The notes beneath the pieces are model-generated. The model searched no databases. It was given only the letters and a program-made list of their open reading frames with translations, and was not told the DNA's origin. A stretch of DNA of 64,000 nucleotides. It comes from an uncultured Pelagibacteraceae bacterium (lineage in GTDB: Bacteria; Pseudomonadota; Alphaproteobacteria; Pelagibacterales; AG-422-B15). The stretch spans positions 4,391-68,390 of the forward strand of contig CABZCR010000006.1 of assembly GCA_902524285.1 (NCBI GenBank). The letters are read 5' to 3'. Shown here in pieces: positions 11,611 to 23,462 of the stretch. The position numbers and the translations under genes are program-made. Each line of letters opens with the position of its first letter. Position 1 is the first letter of the stretch.

Positions 11611-13533
11611 ATGGTGCATAGTATAATTTTATTGCCCTTGATTGGGTTCTTGATTTCTTGTTCGTTATCATTTTTTAAGTCTAATAAATTTATTGATCGG
11701 GCAGCAGAGATCATCACTTCATTATTTATTACTATTACAGCCATATTTTCGTTTTATATTTTTATTGATAATATTGGGGACCCATTGCTTGTATCAATTA
11801 AACTATTTAACTGGATATCCTCTGGTTCATTCAATGCTGATTGGTCAATTTATCTAGATACAGCTACAAGAGTAATGCTTGTAGTAATTACAAGCGTATC
11901 AGCGTTAGTTCATATTTATTCAATTGGCTATATGTCTCATGATGATAGTAAGCCTCGTTTTATGGGTTACTTATCATTATTCACATTTGCTATGTTGATG
12001 CTTGTTACTGCAGACAATTTTTTGCAACTTTTCTTTGGCTGGGAGGGTGTTGGACTTGCCTCTTATTTATTAATTGGGTTTTGGTATAAAAAACCAACTG
12101 CAAATGCCGCTGCAATTAAAGCATTTATAGTTAATCGCATAGGTGATTTTGGATTAGCTTTAGGTATTTTTACAATATTTATTGTTTTTGGTAGCATCGA
12201 ATACCAGACAGTGTTTAGTAATGTCTCATCTTTTAAGAACGTAAATTTCAACTTCTTAGGTATTGAACTACATGCACTGACTTTAATTTGTATTTTCTTA
12301 TTTATTGGCGCTATGGGCAAGTCAGCTCAATTATTTCTTCATACATGGCTTCCAGATGCAATGGAAGGCCCTACACCAGTATCTGCATTAATACATGCGG
12401 CAACAATGGTTACAGCTGGAGTATTTCTTGTAGTACGATGCTCGCCTTTATTTGATTTGGCTCCTGTTGCTCTGGACTTTGTAGTTTTGATTGGTGCAAG
12501 TACTGCATTCTTTGCGGCTACCGTTGGACTTGTTCAAAATGATATTAAGCGTGTTATTGCATATTCAACTTGCAGTCAATTAGGCTACATGTTCGTTGCA
12601 GCTGGACTTGGAGCTTACGGTGCAGCTATGTTCCATTTATTTACACATGCATTTTTTAAAGCACTTCTATTTTTAGGAGCTGGATCAGTTATTCATGCCG
12701 TTCATGAAGAACAGGATATAAGGAAAATGGGAGGTATAAGTAATTTTGTTCCAATAACTCAATTAATGATGATAATAGGAACAATTTCACTTATGGGTTT
12801 TCCATTCACCTCTGGCTATTACTCAAAAGATGCAATCATAGAAACAGCTTATTTATCTAATTCCAATTTTGCAGACTATGCATATATCTTACTTACAGTC
12901 GGTGTTGTGATGACATCTTTCTATTCATGGAGGCTTATGTTTCTCGTTTTCAATGGAAAAACAAGAATGACCGAAGAAGATCTTAGTAAAGTTCATGAGT
13001 CTTCCTCAGTAATGTTAATTCCTTTAATAATTTTAGCAATTGGAGCTTTGTTTTTTGGATTTTTATTCAAAAGCTATTTTATCGGTTATTACAGCGATGT
13101 ATTTTGGAATGGCTCAATTGTCGTCCACCATGAAGATCACCATTCAATTCCTCTCTTAATATATTACTTGCCTGCAATTTTAGGCATAGTTGGATTTATT
13201 ATCGCTTGGTTCATGTATATTCGAAAATCAGATATGGCTAAGAATATAGCCGAGTTAAATAAGCCGCTTTACAATTTTCTATTAAATAAATGGTATTTCG
13301 ACGAGTTGTATAATTCTATTTTTGTAAAACCAGCCATGGCGATCGGCCAGATTTTTTGGAAGTTTATTGATGGTTTAATTATTGATGGTTACGGACCCAA
13401 TGGAATAGCTGCTTTAGTGAGCAGAATATCAATAAAAGCAAAGCAAGTTCAATCTGGATTTATTTACCATTATGCTTTTGCCATTTTAATTGGTCTTTCA
13501 ATCATTATTACTTTCATAATTTTTAGGTTCTAA
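11611..13533 (+). CDS. nuoL: NADH-quinone oxidoreductase subunit L
   Basis: GWEGVG, WLPDAMEGPTPVSALIHAATMVTAG, THAFFKALLF. Confidence 0.98.
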   Translation: MVHSIILLPLIGFLISCSLSFFKSNKFIDRAAEIITSLFITITAIFSFYIFIDNIGDPLLVSIKLFNWISSGSFNADWSIYLDTATRVMLVVITSVSALVHIYSIGYMSHDDSKPRFMGYLSLFTFAMLMLVTADNFLQLFFGWEGVGLASYLLIGFWYKKPTANAAAIKAFIVNRIGDFGLALGIFTIFIVFGSIEYQTVFSNVSSFKNVNFNFLGIELHALTLICIFLFIGAMGKSAQLFLHTWLPDAMEGPTPVSALIHAATMVTAGVFLVVRCSPLFDLAPVALDFVVLIGASTAFFAATVGLVQNDIKRVIAYSTCSQLGYMFVAAGLGAYGAAMFHLFTHAFFKALLFLGAGSVIHAVHEEQDIRKMGGISNFVPITQLMMIIGTISLMGFPFTSGYYSKDAIIETAYLSNSNFADYAYILLTVGVVMTSFYSWRLMFLVFNGKTRMTEEDLSKVHESSSVMLIPLIILAIGALFFGFLFKSYFIGYYSDVFWNGSIVVHHEDHHSIPLLIYYLPAILGIVGFIIAWFMYIRKSDMAKNIAELNKPLYNFLLNKWYFDELYNSIFVKPAMAIGQIFWKFIDGLIIDGYGPNGIAALVSRISIKAKQVQSGFIYHYAFAILIGLSIIITFIIFRF

Positions 13534-13536
13534 AAA

Positions 13537-15018
13537 ATGAGTGAAATTCCAATCTTAAGTATTTTAATCTTTATACCGGTCGTTGGTATATTTTTTATGT
13601 TATTGATAAGAAATAATGATGACCAAAGCTCGCAAAATTTAAAACACACCGCCTTATGGATCACTTTTTTAAATTTTATTATATCATTATCGTTACTATT
13701 TTCATTTGACTTAAATAATCCTGATTTTCAATTTGTAGAAAAATACGCATGGATAGAAAGTGGTATCAGTTATCATTTAGGTATAGATGGAGTTTCAATT
13801 TTATTTGTAATACTGACAACAATGCTTGTACCTATTTGCATACTTGCAAGCTATGAAAGCATTAAATTTTCTGTAAAAGAATATTTAATTTCATTTTTAG
13901 CTTTAGAAACTTTTATGATTGGGGTTTTCTGCTCTCTTGATCTTGTCCTATTTTATCTATTTTTTGAAGGAGGTTTAATTCCAATGTTCTTAATCATTGG
14001 GATATGGGGTGGAGAAAGAAGGGTTTATTCAACTTTCAAATTTTTTCTTTATACACTTGCGGGTTCAGTATTTATGCTACTTGCAATAATTTATATTTTC
14101 ATTTCTACAGGCACAACTGATGTTGAAACACTCTTGGTGTATAATTTTACTACAAACGAACAATTAATATTGTGGATCGCATTTTTTACTTCATTCATGG
14201 TTAAGATACCTATGTGGCCTTTTCACACTTGGCTACCAGATGCCCACGTAGAAGCACCAACAGCTGGATCGGTTATACTTGCGGGTGTTCTGTTAAAAAT
14301 GGCTGGGTATGGCTTTATAAGATTTTCTATTGGTTTTTTTCCGGATGCATCAGAATTTTTTGCGCCATTTATATTTTCTCTTAGTGTTATAGCAATAATA
14401 GTGACTTCTCTAATCGCATTAGTGCAAGAAGATATGAAAAAACTAATTGCTTATTCATCAGTTGCTCATATGGGATTTGTAACATTAGGAATATTTACAT
14501 TTACTGTTCAGGGAATAGAAGGTGGCATCATTCAAATGATAAGTCATGGCATTGTTTCTGCGGCATTATTTTTGTGTGTTGGCGTGGTATATGATCGTCT
14601 TCATACAAGAGAAATTGCTAGATATGGAGGCTTAGTTAGTAAAATGCCTTTTTATTCATTTTCATTTATGATTTTTATATTAGCCAGTCTTGGCTTGCCT
14701 GGAACGAGTGGTTTTGTTGGCGAGTTTTTAGTACTTCTTTCAATATTTACGGTAAATACATATTTTGCGATATTTGCGACTACAGGTGTAGTATTGGCAG
14801 CCACATATTCATTATGGCTTTATAGAAGAATAATATTTGGTGCTTTAATTAAAGATGATCTATCTGAAATGTTTGACTTAACAAGAAGAGAGATAATTAT
14901 TTTTCTTCCCTTAATTATCCTAACAGTATTCATTGGCTTATATCCTAAACCAATCATAAATATAATTGAACCTTCAACAGAAAAAATTGTAAATCAAATT
15001 AAAATGAAATTAGATTAA
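13537..15018 (+). CDS. nuoM: NADH-quinone oxidoreductase subunit M
   Basis: HTWLPDAHVEAPTAGS, AYSSVAHMG. Confidence 0.98.
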   Translation: MSEIPILSILIFIPVVGIFFMLLIRNNDDQSSQNLKHTALWITFLNFIISLSLLFSFDLNNPDFQFVEKYAWIESGISYHLGIDGVSILFVILTTMLVPICILASYESIKFSVKEYLISFLALETFMIGVFCSLDLVLFYLFFEGGLIPMFLIIGIWGGERRVYSTFKFFLYTLAGSVFMLLAIIYIFISTGTTDVETLLVYNFTTNEQLILWIAFFTSFMVKIPMWPFHTWLPDAHVEAPTAGSVILAGVLLKMAGYGFIRFSIGFFPDASEFFAPFIFSLSVIAIIVTSLIALVQEDMKKLIAYSSVAHMGFVTLGIFTFTVQGIEGGIIQMISHGIVSAALFLCVGVVYDRLHTREIARYGGLVSKMPFYSFSFMIFILASLGLPGTSGFVGEFLVLLSIFTVNTYFAIFATTGVVLAATYSLWLYRRIIFGALIKDDLSEMFDLTRREIIIFLPLIILTVFIGLYPKPIINIIEPSTEKIVNQIKMKLD

Positions 15019-15019
15019 A

Positions 15020-16429
15020 ATGCAAAATTTAGTATTCATATTACCTGAAATATTTTTATTTATAGTTGCAACAGTTTTGTTAGTAACCGGCTTGTTTTTG
15101 AAAAATATAAAGCTTATTAACTTGCTTACTATATTTTCGCTTTTAGTTGTAGTTATTTTAATTTTAAACCAACCCTTTCAATCAGCTTTTCTAAATAGTT
15201 TTGTCGTAGATGAATTTTCACTAGTACTAAAAATTATGATACTAATCGGCTCTATTGCTTCATTGATAATGTTTGTATCAAGTAAAGATGACCTAAATAT
15301 AAATATTTATGAATTTCCAATTTTAATAATTTTCTCAACCATAGGTATGATGGTGATGGTTTCAGCAAATGATTTGCTTGCAATGTTTATAGGATTAGAG
15401 CTTCAATCATTAAGCCTTTACGTTCTAGCGGCTTTGAACAGAAACAGCTTACTGTCATCAGAAGCAGGAATTAAATATTTTATCCTCGGAGCTCTTTCCT
15501 CAGGCTTGTTACTCTTTGGAATTTCATATATTTATGGATTTTCAGGAAATACAAACTTTAATCTAATCGCTGTAAATATTAACCCCGAAAGTCTGGGTTT
15601 AATTATTGGTATAGTTTTTGTATTGGCAGGACTAGCTTTTAAAGTGTCAGCAGTTCCTTTCCATATGTGGACGCCTGACGTTTATCAAGGAGCACCAACT
15701 CCGATTACAGGATTCTTTGCCCTTGCTCCAAAAATTGCTGCAATGGGTTTACTTGTTAGATTCTTATTCAATTCATTTGGTGAGATTTATATTGACTGGC
15801 AACAAATTATTCTTTTCATATCAATCGCATCGATGATGCTCGCTGCCTTTGCTGCCATTGCTCAAACTAATTTAAAAAGACTAATGGCATATAGCTCAAT
15901 AGGTCATATTGGATACGCTTTAATAGGTGTGGCCTGTTTTACCGATGAGGGGTTAAGGTCATTATTAATATATTTAATGATTTATTTAATTATGAATATT
16001 GCTGTTTTTGCTTTTTTACTGTCTTTAAAAAGAAACGATGGATATTTTGAAAGCATTTCAGATTTATCTGGAATGCATAAAAATCATCCTTTACGGACCA
16101 TGCTAATTGCCTTGATTATGTTTTCTTTAGCTGGCATCCCTCCTTTAGCTGGCTTTTTTGGTAAATTTTATATTTTTGTTGCAGCTATTGAGTCTGAAAT
16201 GTTGTTTCTCGCAATCATTGGCGTCATAGCAAGCGTTATCAGTGCATTTTATTATTTAAGGATTGTTAAGATAATGTATTTTGATGAACCTAAAGAAGAA
16301 TTTGACGGATCAAGCATCAAATCACTTAATCTGCTTTATTATCCTTCATCAATACTAATTATTATTTTCTTTATTTATCCATCGCCAGTAATAAATATTT
16401 CTGAATATGCGATTCAATCAATTATTTAA
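15020..16429 (+). CDS. nuoN: NADH-quinone oxidoreductase subunit N
   Basis: EAGIKYF, FKVSAVPFHMWTPDVYQGAP, GIPPLAGF. Confidence 0.98.
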   Translation: MQNLVFILPEIFLFIVATVLLVTGLFLKNIKLINLLTIFSLLVVVILILNQPFQSAFLNSFVVDEFSLVLKIMILIGSIASLIMFVSSKDDLNINIYEFPILIIFSTIGMMVMVSANDLLAMFIGLELQSLSLYVLAALNRNSLLSSEAGIKYFILGALSSGLLLFGISYIYGFSGNTNFNLIAVNINPESLGLIIGIVFVLAGLAFKVSAVPFHMWTPDVYQGAPTPITGFFALAPKIAAMGLLVRFLFNSFGEIYIDWQQIILFISIASMMLAAFAAIAQTNLKRLMAYSSIGHIGYALIGVACFTDEGLRSLLIYLMIYLIMNIAVFAFLLSLKRNDGYFESISDLSGMHKNHPLRTMLIALIMFSLAGIPPLAGFFGKFYIFVAAIESEMLFLAIIGVIASVISAFYYLRIVKIMYFDEPKEEFDGSSIKSLNLLYYPSSILIIIFFIYPSPVINISEYAIQSII

Positions 16430-17169
16430 TGTTAGATCAAAATCAATCAGACGTTATTTTTCATGAAGTAATCGATAGCACGAATGTAGAAGCTAAAAGA
16501 TTTATTGAAAATGGCAAAATAAATAAAGCAACTTGGATTATAGCCAATAGACAAACTTCAGGTAAAGGGAGAAACAATAATAAATGGGTTTCAGAGGTAG
16601 GTAATTTTTACGGCTCATACGTCTTGCCAATTAATTTGGATCACAGAAAGATACCATTTATTTCATGTATAACTTCTTTGTCTGTATATGATGCAGTTAA
16701 AAATTTTTTACCCAATAATGCCCTTTTAAAAATTAAATGGCCAAACGACATACTATATAATGATGCTAAATTAGCTGGAATATTGATAGAAAATTTACTA
16801 AGTGAAAGTGCGAGTTTTTCAATAATTGGAATTGGTATTAATTTAAAGAATTCACCAAATATAAATACTCATAAAACTATCTCTATAAAATCTATAATCG
16901 AAAATGAAGTTATGCCAAAAGACATACTTGGAACATTAGACTCCAATATCAATAATTACTTAAATATTCTTAACAGTGATGATATATCAGAATTAATTGG
17001 GTTATATAAAAATAATTGCTGGAAAATGAAAGATCGGGTCCGTTTTTTACAAAATAATATTGAATTTGAAGGCATATTAGATGATATAACTGATACATTT
17101 GAGATTCTAATTAAAGTGAATGGAGAGCTTAAGAAATTCAATTCAGGAGAATTGTCATTTAGTTATTAA
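16429..17169 (+). CDS. birA: biotin--[acetyl-CoA-carboxylase] ligase (no N-terminal HTH)
   Basis: DSTN, QTSGKGR, KWPND, KLAGIL, GIGIN; usual position after nuoN. Confidence 0.93.
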   Translation: MLDQNQSDVIFHEVIDSTNVEAKRFIENGKINKATWIIANRQTSGKGRNNNKWVSEVGNFYGSYVLPINLDHRKIPFISCITSLSVYDAVKNFLPNNALLKIKWPNDILYNDAKLAGILIENLLSESASFSIIGIGINLKNSPNINTHKTISIKSIIENEVMPKDILGTLDSNINNYLNILNSDDISELIGLYKNNCWKMKDRVRFLQNNIEFEGILDDITDTFEILIKVNGELKKFNSGELSFSY

Positions 17170-17171
17170 TC

Positions 17172-17927
17172 ATGAAGGTTTTAGTTGATATAGGAAATAC
17201 AAATGTATTAATGGGGAAATATGACAATTCGAGATTAATTGATCAAGTACGATTTGAAACTAACACAGTTATAAGTTCACCAGATGATATATTGAAATTA
17301 TTAAGTATTTTTTTAGCTGATGTAGAATATGTTTTAATTTCGGGTGTCGTACCACAAGCTCAAAAAAATTTACGAATTGTGATCTCAAAAAATTTTGAAA
17401 ATCTATCAATTAGAGAATTAAATACTTCTGACTTAGAGGCATTTATAAAATTCAATGTTTTCAACCCAGCTGAAGTTGGAGATGACAGGATCATTAACTC
17501 AATAGCGGCTATAGATAAGTATGAACCTCCTTTTATAATTGTAGATTTTGGGACAGCCACCACGTTAGATGTTGTAGATAAGAGCGGCGCATATTCTGGA
17601 GGTTTAATTTGTCCTGGTGTCAACTTATCAATTAAATCACTGTCAGATGGTGCAGCGTTATTGCCACTTATAACTTTTAAAAAGCCTGAAACATTAATTG
17701 GTAAACATACAATTGCCGCAATGGAATCGGGTATTTATTGGGGATATATTAGTTTAATCGAGGGCTTGATTGAGAGATTGAAAAGGTCTCACGAGTGCTC
17801 TAATGCAAAAGCTATAGCAACTGGAGGTTTATCAAAACTATTTGAAAATGACCTTAAATGCATTAACTATTTCGAGAGAGATCTTACTCTCGAAGGTCTT
17901 TTAATCGTAAGCAATAAATTACAATGA
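17172..17927 (+). CDS. coaX: type III pantothenate kinase
   Basis: DIGNT, VGDDR, VDFGTATT, ATGG. Confidence 0.95.
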   Translation: MKVLVDIGNTNVLMGKYDNSRLIDQVRFETNTVISSPDDILKLLSIFLADVEYVLISGVVPQAQKNLRIVISKNFENLSIRELNTSDLEAFIKFNVFNPAEVGDDRIINSIAAIDKYEPPFIIVDFGTATTLDVVDKSGAYSGGLICPGVNLSIKSLSDGAALLPLITFKKPETLIGKHTIAAMESGIYWGYISLIEGLIERLKRSHECSNAKAIATGGLSKLFENDLKCINYFERDLTLEGLLIVSNKLQ

Positions 17928-19591
17928 GCAAAGGTGATAGATTAGTATTTCTGCCTTTAGGAGGCACTGGTGAAATTGGGATGAACATGAATCTCTATGG
18001 ATACGGTAAAGAGATTGATGATATGAAATGGCTAATTGTTGATGTTGGTATCACATTTGGGGATGAGACCACACCAGGTGTAGACATCATTTTACCTGAT
18101 CATGATTTTATAAAGGAAAGAAAAGATAATTTATCTGGAATTATAATAACTCATGCTCACGAAGACCATGTTGGAGGTCTTGCATATCTATGGCCAGATT
18201 TAAAATGTCCTATTTATGCTACTCCATTTACAGCTTCAATAATAAGACTAAAATTTGAAGAAAGAGGATTAGATCATGAAGGTTATTTGAATGTAATTGA
18301 TCTGTCTTCTGAAATTCAATTAAAACCCTTTGATATAAAATTTCAAACTCTTACGCACTCAATACCAGAGCCAAATTCACTTATCATAAAAACAAAGCTA
18401 GGGAATATATATCATACTGGTGACTGGAAAATTGATGACGATCCAGTTGTAGGAAAAGCTATTGACTTTAACGAACTCAAATTAAACACAAAAGATATTC
18501 TTGCAATGGTTTGTGATTCAACAAACGTCTTAACAAAAGGGAGATCCGGATCAGAGTCAGAAGTTAAAAATAATTTAACTAAAGTTATAAAAGGAATAAA
18601 GAATAGAGTTTTTGTAACATCTTTTGCTTCAAATGTAGCAAGACTTGAAACAATTGCCCACGCTGCAAAGGAAACAAATAGATCGTTAGTCGTATTAGGC
18701 AGATCCATGCATCGCATGATAAGTGTCGCAAGGCAAAATGGAATTCTTAATGATATAGATGTTATCTTATCTGAAAAGGAAGCAGTTAAAAAAAAGAGGG
18801 AAGAAGTTTTGTACCTCTGTACAGGCAGTCAAGGTGAACCAAGGGGTGCAATGATGCGAATTGCAAATCAAGATTTCCCTCATGTTGATATTGATTTAGA
18901 TGATACTATAATTTTTTCATCAAAAATTATCCCTGGAAATGAGAAGAAAATCTTCCAATTGTTTAATCGACTCTCAGAGTTAGGTGCAAATGTTATAACT
19001 GAGTATGATGAAAATATACATGTATCGGGTCATCCATGCTTAGATGAAATGATTGATATGTATGAAAATATTAAACCTGCAATTTCAGTTCCAGTTCACG
19101 GTGAACACAGACACTTAAAAAGACATTCAAATCTTGCGAAGGAAATGGGTGTAAAGTTTCCAATGCTAATTTCTAATGGAGATATATTGCAAATTGCCCC
19201 TGGATCGCCATACGTGGTTGATCAGTGTGACTTTGGCAGACAGTACTTTGATGGAAATAGATTAGTAAAAAGTGAAAGCAGTCATATTAAAGATAGAAAA
19301 AGAATGGCTTACAATGGAGTATTGAATGTTACATGTATAATTGATCAAAAAATGAATTTAAAAGAAAATCCATTGATTATTAGCAGTGGCATAGTAAGTG
19401 ATCAAGAATATGAGAACGATGAGATGGTATATTTATTAGAAGAGGAAATTTATAAATTTTTTGAGGATAAGACAAATTTATCAAAAAAAGAAAAAAAACT
19501 ATATCAAAAGCTCGAGACATTATCTCGAAATTTCGTTTTCAAGCATACTCGTAAAAAACCTTTGACAAACATAAGTATTGTTCATATTTAA
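17924..19591 (+). CDS. rnj: ribonuclease J
   Basis: LGGTGEIGMN, THAHEDHVG, TGSQGEP, HVSGH. Confidence 0.96.
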   Translation: MSKGDRLVFLPLGGTGEIGMNMNLYGYGKEIDDMKWLIVDVGITFGDETTPGVDIILPDHDFIKERKDNLSGIIITHAHEDHVGGLAYLWPDLKCPIYATPFTASIIRLKFEERGLDHEGYLNVIDLSSEIQLKPFDIKFQTLTHSIPEPNSLIIKTKLGNIYHTGDWKIDDDPVVGKAIDFNELKLNTKDILAMVCDSTNVLTKGRSGSESEVKNNLTKVIKGIKNRVFVTSFASNVARLETIAHAAKETNRSLVVLGRSMHRMISVARQNGILNDIDVILSEKEAVKKKREEVLYLCTGSQGEPRGAMMRIANQDFPHVDIDLDDTIIFSSKIIPGNEKKIFQLFNRLSELGANVITEYDENIHVSGHPCLDEMIDMYENIKPAISVPVHGEHRHLKRHSNLAKEMGVKFPMLISNGDILQIAPGSPYVVDQCDFGRQYFDGNRLVKSESSHIKDRKRMAYNGVLNVTCIIDQKMNLKENPLIISSGIVSDQEYENDEMVYLLEEEIYKFFEDKTNLSKKEKKLYQKLETLSRNFVFKHTRKKPLTNISIVHI

Positions 19592-19596
19592 TTAAT

Positions 19597-20001
19597 ATGA
19601 TTGGTAAATTAAACCATATTGCTATTGCGGTACCAAATATAAAAGAAGCCGCTAAACAATATAAAAATATTTTTGGTGCAAAGGTTTCTGATCCTGTTGA
19701 ACAACCCGATCATGGTGTAACAACAGTATTTATAGATTTAGGTAATACAAAAATAGAATTGCTAGAGGTTCTAGGTGAGGGATCTCCAATTCAAAACTTT
19801 ATTGATAAAAATCCAAAAGGTGGGATGCATCATATTTGCCTAGAAGTGAATGACATTAATACTGCTATAGATAAATTAAACACTCATGAAGTATCAATAA
19901 CTGGTACTGGTAAACCAAAAATTGGCGCTCATGGTAAACCAGTAGTTTTTCTTCATCCAAAAAGCTGTAACGGAACACTCATAGAGTTAGAAGAAGTATA
20001 A
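19597..20001 (+). CDS. mce: methylmalonyl-CoA epimerase
   Basis: LNHIAIAV, HHICLEV, GAHGKPVVFLHP, LIELE. Confidence 0.95.
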   Translation: MIGKLNHIAIAVPNIKEAAKQYKNIFGAKVSDPVEQPDHGVTTVFIDLGNTKIELLEVLGEGSPIQNFIDKNPKGGMHHICLEVNDINTAIDKLNTHEVSITGTGKPKIGAHGKPVVFLHPKSCNGTLIELEEV

Positions 20002-20002
20002 T

Positions 20003-20272
20003 TTGGGTATAACTGGCTCAATTATCATTTTTTTATTAATTTGGTGGTTAATTTTTTTCATATCACTCCCAATTAATATAAAAAAAAGTAGGTCAGGAAA
20101 CTATATAGAAGGGGAAGATCCTGGAGCGCCTAATAATCCACAATTATTTAGAAAATTCTTAATCACAACAGTTGTCTCAACAGTCATCTGGTTTATCATA
20201 TATAGTTTTCTAAATAATGAAGGCTTTCTGATGTATATCTTAAAGCTTTTTTACATAAATGAAGTTATCTAA
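20003..20272 (+). CDS. DUF1467 family small membrane protein
   Basis: WW..FF..LP and G.DPGAP..P motifs; usual position between mce and proS in alphaproteobacteria; TTG start. Confidence 0.85.
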   Translation: MGITGSIIIFLLIWWLIFFISLPINIKKSRSGNYIEGEDPGAPNNPQLFRKFLITTVVSTVIWFIIYSFLNNEGFLMYILKLFYINEVI

Positions 20273-21584
20273 TTATTTTCTACCTGTATTAAAAGAGTCT
20301 CCAAGTGAAGCGGAAATTGTTTCTCATAAACTTATGTTGCGCTCTGGTATGATCAGTCAATCAAGTTCTGGGATTTACTCTTGGCTGCCTCTTGGGTTAA
20401 AGGTTTTAAAAAAAATCGAAAACATCGTCAGAGATGAACAGAATAAGGCTGGAGTTAATGAAATACTAATGCCAACTATTCAACCCGCAGATTTATGGAA
20501 AGAAAGTGGACGATATGAAGATTATGGAAAAGAAATGTTGAGAATTAATGATCGTCAAGACAGAGAAATGCTTTATGGCCCGACAAACGAAGAGCAAATA
20601 ACAGATATATTTAGAAGAAATGTTAAATCCTATAAAGAGCTTCCAATGCTGCTCTACCATATACAGTGGAAATTTAGAGACGAATTAAGGCCAAGATTTG
20701 GAGTAATGAGAGGTAGGGAATTTTTAATGAAAGATGCTTACTCTTTCGATATTGATGCAGCGTCATCAGAAGATACTTATAATCGTTTTTTTATTTGTTA
20801 TTTAAAAACATTTGCAAGATTAGGTCTCAAAGCAATACCTATGGCTGCTGATACAGGGCCCATTGGAGGAGATCTTTCGCATGAATTCATTATTATTTCT
20901 AATACTGGGGAAAGCGATATTTATTTTGATAATAATATTCTTAATGAAGGAAATAAGATTTCTGACATTAGCTATGACGACGACCTAAATTCAATTGTTG
21001 AAAAATTTAAAAGTTATTATTCTGCTTCAGATGACAAACATGACAAGGCTAAATTTGATGAAACAGTTCAAAAAGAAAAACAAATGAATTCAAAAGGAAT
21101 TGAAGTGGGTCACATATTCCATTTTGGAACGAAATATTCAAATTCAATGAAAGCAAATGTTCTAGATTCTGATGGAAAAGAAAAAACAGTACACATGGGA
21201 TCATATGGAATAGGAATTTCACGCCTAGTGGGCGCTATAATAGAATCCTCTCATGATGAAAGTGGAATAATATGGCCTGAAGCAGTGTCACCATTTACCC
21301 TTGGCGTTATAAACTTAAAACCAAAAGACGATGAAGTCTCCTCAATTGCTAATAAAGTTTACAATCATATTAATGATAAATCTGAAGTTTTATTTGATGA
21401 TAAAAATGATAACGCCGGAGTAAAATTTTCTAGAATGGATTTAATAGGCTTACCGCATCAAATTATAATAGGAAGCAAAGCTGTGTCGGACGATCTAGTA
21501 GAGTATAAAAATAGAAAAAGTGGAGAATCAGAATTCATTAACCTAAATAAATTAGGCAATTTTCTAGAGGAAATGAACGTTTAA
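20259..21584 (+). CDS. proS: proline--tRNA ligase (short alphaproteobacterial type)
   Basis: [39 protein letters not shown]. Confidence 0.97.
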   Translation: MKLSNYFLPVLKESPSEAEIVSHKLMLRSGMISQSSSGIYSWLPLGLKVLKKIENIVRDEQNKAGVNEILMPTIQPADLWKESGRYEDYGKEMLRINDRQDREMLYGPTNEEQITDIFRRNVKSYKELPMLLYHIQWKFRDELRPRFGVMRGREFLMKDAYSFDIDAASSEDTYNRFFICYLKTFARLGLKAIPMAADTGPIGGDLSHEFIIISNTGESDIYFDNNILNEGNKISDISYDDDLNSIVEKFKSYYSASDDKHDKAKFDETVQKEKQMNSKGIEVGHIFHFGTKYSNSMKANVLDSDGKEKTVHMGSYGIGISRLVGAIIESSHDESGIIWPEAVSPFTLGVINLKPKDDEVSSIANKVYNHINDKSEVLFDDKNDNAGVKFSRMDLIGLPHQIIIGSKAVSDDLVEYKNRKSGESEFINLNKLGNFLEEMNV

Positions 21585-21589
21585 ACAAA

Positions 21590-22813
21590 GTGCCATTTAA
21601 TTATTTTGAGAGATTTATAGCTTTTAGGTATCTGGTTCCTTTGAGAAAAGGCGGATTGTTATCAGTTATTTCATGGCTTTCATTTATTGGGATTTGTATT
21701 GGCGTTGCAACATTAATAATTGTTATGTCTGTAATGAATGGTTTTCATGATGAACTAAAAAAAAGAATTATTGGTTTCAATGGCCATATTTATATTAAAA
21801 ATATAGAGCCATACTTTGAGAATGATAAAAACCTTTCTGAAATTAAGGAAATATTATTTATTGATAGAAATATATCTATTCAAGCCTTAATAAGTTCAGC
21901 TAATAAGAGTAATGGAATAGTTATCAAATCGATCAATGATGAGAATACTAAATTTTACGAATTTATTGATAATCTAAAAAATGATAATCTGCTTACTGCC
22001 AATTCAATAATATTAGGTGAAGAACTAGCTTTTTCTCTAGGCGTGTTACCTGGAGACGAAATAAAAGTCACTTCTTCTTCGATGGTTTCTACTCCACTAG
22101 GTCAAATCCCAAGATCTCATAAAATGGCAGTATCGGCCACATTTAGTTCTGGTATGAGTGAATATGACAAAAATTTTGCATTTACTTCACTTGCAAATGT
22201 TCAAAAACTCTTGAGTCTCAATAATGAGATATCAACCATTGAGATACATTTAAAAGATATTAATGATGTAGAAAAAGTTAAGAGTGATTTACTTAAAATT
22301 TATAATGAAGATTATTTAATAAAAGATTGGATTGATCTAAATAGTTCTTTTTGGGAAGTGTTGGCAACAGAGCGTGAATTAATGTTCTTTGTATTATCAC
22401 TTATTATCATAATTGCTGCATTTAATATTGTCACAAGCCTGTTTATTTTAGTACAAAATAAAAATAGAGAAATAGCAGTGCTTAAAACAATTGGTAGCAG
22501 TGATAGTTCAATTTTAAGAATATTTTTGCTAGTAGGTACTTTTATAGGGTTTAGTGGAACGATCATAGGCTCAATTCTTGGAATACTTTTTACAATAAAT
22601 ATTGATACTATAAGAAATTTACTAAATTCAACATTCAATTTAAATTTATTTCCATCTGAGTTCTATTATCTTGATAAAATGCCAACCAGTATTGATTTTA
22701 TTCAAATTATATTAATCATTTTCTTTTCATTAATTATATCAATTATAGCGACAGTATATCCAGCCTATAAAGCATCTAAGACAGAAATTAGAGGAATATT
22801 AAATAATGTCTAA
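21590..22813 (+). CDS. lolE: lipoprotein-releasing ABC transporter permease (LolC/E type)
   Basis: IAFRYL, VMSVMNGF, AAFNIV, REIAVLKTIG; followed by lolD. Confidence 0.9.
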   Translation: MPFNYFERFIAFRYLVPLRKGGLLSVISWLSFIGICIGVATLIIVMSVMNGFHDELKKRIIGFNGHIYIKNIEPYFENDKNLSEIKEILFIDRNISIQALISSANKSNGIVIKSINDENTKFYEFIDNLKNDNLLTANSIILGEELAFSLGVLPGDEIKVTSSSMVSTPLGQIPRSHKMAVSATFSSGMSEYDKNFAFTSLANVQKLLSLNNEISTIEIHLKDINDVEKVKSDLLKIYNEDYLIKDWIDLNSSFWEVLATERELMFFVLSLIIIIAAFNIVTSLFILVQNKNREIAVLKTIGSSDSSILRIFLLVGTFIGFSGTIIGSILGILFTINIDTIRNLLNSTFNLNLFPSEFYYLDKMPTSIDFIQIILIIFFSLIISIIATVYPAYKASKTEIRGILNNV

Positions 22814-23462
22814 ATCAAATCTAATTTTAAAAAACATTTCAAAATCCTACCATCAAGCTAATAATAGCTTATCTATTTTAAATAATATTTCTCTAGAAGT
22901 TAAAAGTGGTGATTTTATTGCAGTTACAGGTCCCTCAGGTTCTGGAAAAACTACTCTACTTAACTTAGTAGGGTTAATCGATACATTAGACGAAGGCACT
23001 ATCTCATTCAATGGTAAGGATCTCACGAATTTAAATAGTGAGCAGAAGAATAAATTTAGAAGGAATAATTACGGATTTATTTATCAAAACTATAACTTAT
23101 TGGAAAATTTTAATGCAATAGAAAATGTTGCATTACCGCTAATCTTAAATGGGCACAGTAAGGACGAGGCGATACAAAGGGCTGAAAAGATAATGAAGGT
23201 ATTTATGATTGATGATAGATCTTTACATTTTCCAAATTCATTGTCAGGAGGGGAGCAGCAGAGAGTAGCAATATCAAGAGCTTTAATAAATAATCCAAAA
23301 TTTATTATTGCTGATGAGCCAACTGGCAATTTAGACAGTAAGAATTCTGATTTGGTGTTTAATTATTTAAAAAACTATGTCGAATCAGAAAATATGACAC
23401 TAATTATAGCTACTCATGATGAGGAGTTAGCATCTAAGGCAAATAAAAGGATAAATTTATAA
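22806..23462 (+). CDS. lolD: lipoprotein-releasing ABC transporter ATP-binding protein
   Basis: GPSGSGKT, LSGGEQQRVA, ADEPTGNLD. Confidence 0.9.
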   Translation: MSKSNLILKNISKSYHQANNSLSILNNISLEVKSGDFIAVTGPSGSGKTTLLNLVGLIDTLDEGTISFNGKDLTNLNSEQKNKFRRNNYGFIYQNYNLLENFNAIENVALPLILNGHSKDEAIQRAEKIMKVFMIDDRSLHFPNSLSGGEQQRVAISRALINNPKFIIADEPTGNLDSKNSDLVFNYLKNYVESENMTLIIATHDEELASKANKRINL